DNA of 64,000 nt from Hyphochytrium catenoides (Eukaryota > Protista > Hyphochytriomycota). The DNA lies in the NCBI GenBank assembly GCA_900088475.1, contig FLMG01004529.1, forward strand, positions 10,985-74,984, in the 5' to 3' direction. The position numbers and the translations under genes were made by a program. The notes under the pieces were generated by a model. That model saw only the letters and a list, made by a program, of their open reading frames with translations, searched no databases and was not told where the DNA came from. This document shows positions 63,831 through 64,000 of this stretch, piece after piece; within the stretch, counting starts at the first letter, position 1; the number at the start of each line of letters is the position of its first letter.

Positions 63831-64000
63831 TTCGACTAATAAGGTTGATGCGAACGGGAATGCACTAGCAGAAGGGAGAGTAAACGACAGGGAATAAGGC
63901 AGGAGCAGCAATGTGACAGAGCGGCGCAAGACAGAGAGGAAAAGAGAGAAAGAGCTCAAGAGGGCTGAATAACGATGTGAAAAGAAAGAAAGAAAGAGAG

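Noticed and set aside
1-64000. Alternative genetic code or stop-codon reassignment to explain the many broken ORFs
   Set aside because: Conserved genes assemble without internal stops once introns are removed, and they terminate with TAA, TAG and TGA alike.

Overview
Gene-dense eukaryotic nuclear DNA (roughly balanced GC) with many short spliceosomal introns, abundant (GA)n/(CT)n microsatellites and several short N-gaps. The gene content suggests a flagellated protist, probably a stramenopile or alga; this is inference only. By manual exon joining I can support about 14 protein-coding genes: an HSF-type transcription factor, an M32 carboxypeptidase, mitochondrial uL3, an unknown nuclear protein, a FAM192A/NIP30-like fragment, UBXN11, an LRR protein with a Lys-rich tail, CNOT3/Not3, an F-BAR + SBF2-like protein, an SSNA1/DIP13-like coiled coil, a cyanobacterial-type chorismate pyruvate-lyase (Ycf21/DUF98), RIX1/PELP1, a J-domain + DNAJC11-C-terminal-domain protein, and a membrane-anchored Tudor protein. 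Intergenic blocks hold decayed coding relics (ankyrin-like, AP2/integrase-arm-like, HMG/transposase-like). I found no rRNA, tRNA or CRISPR array, and no intact multi-gene novel system. The best leads are the intron-containing cyanobacterial-type chorismate lyase without a visible plastid signal peptide, a candidate GA-AG intron in CNOT3, a divergent SSNA1 paralogue and two unusual domain architectures. All family calls come from recalled motifs; no database search was run.
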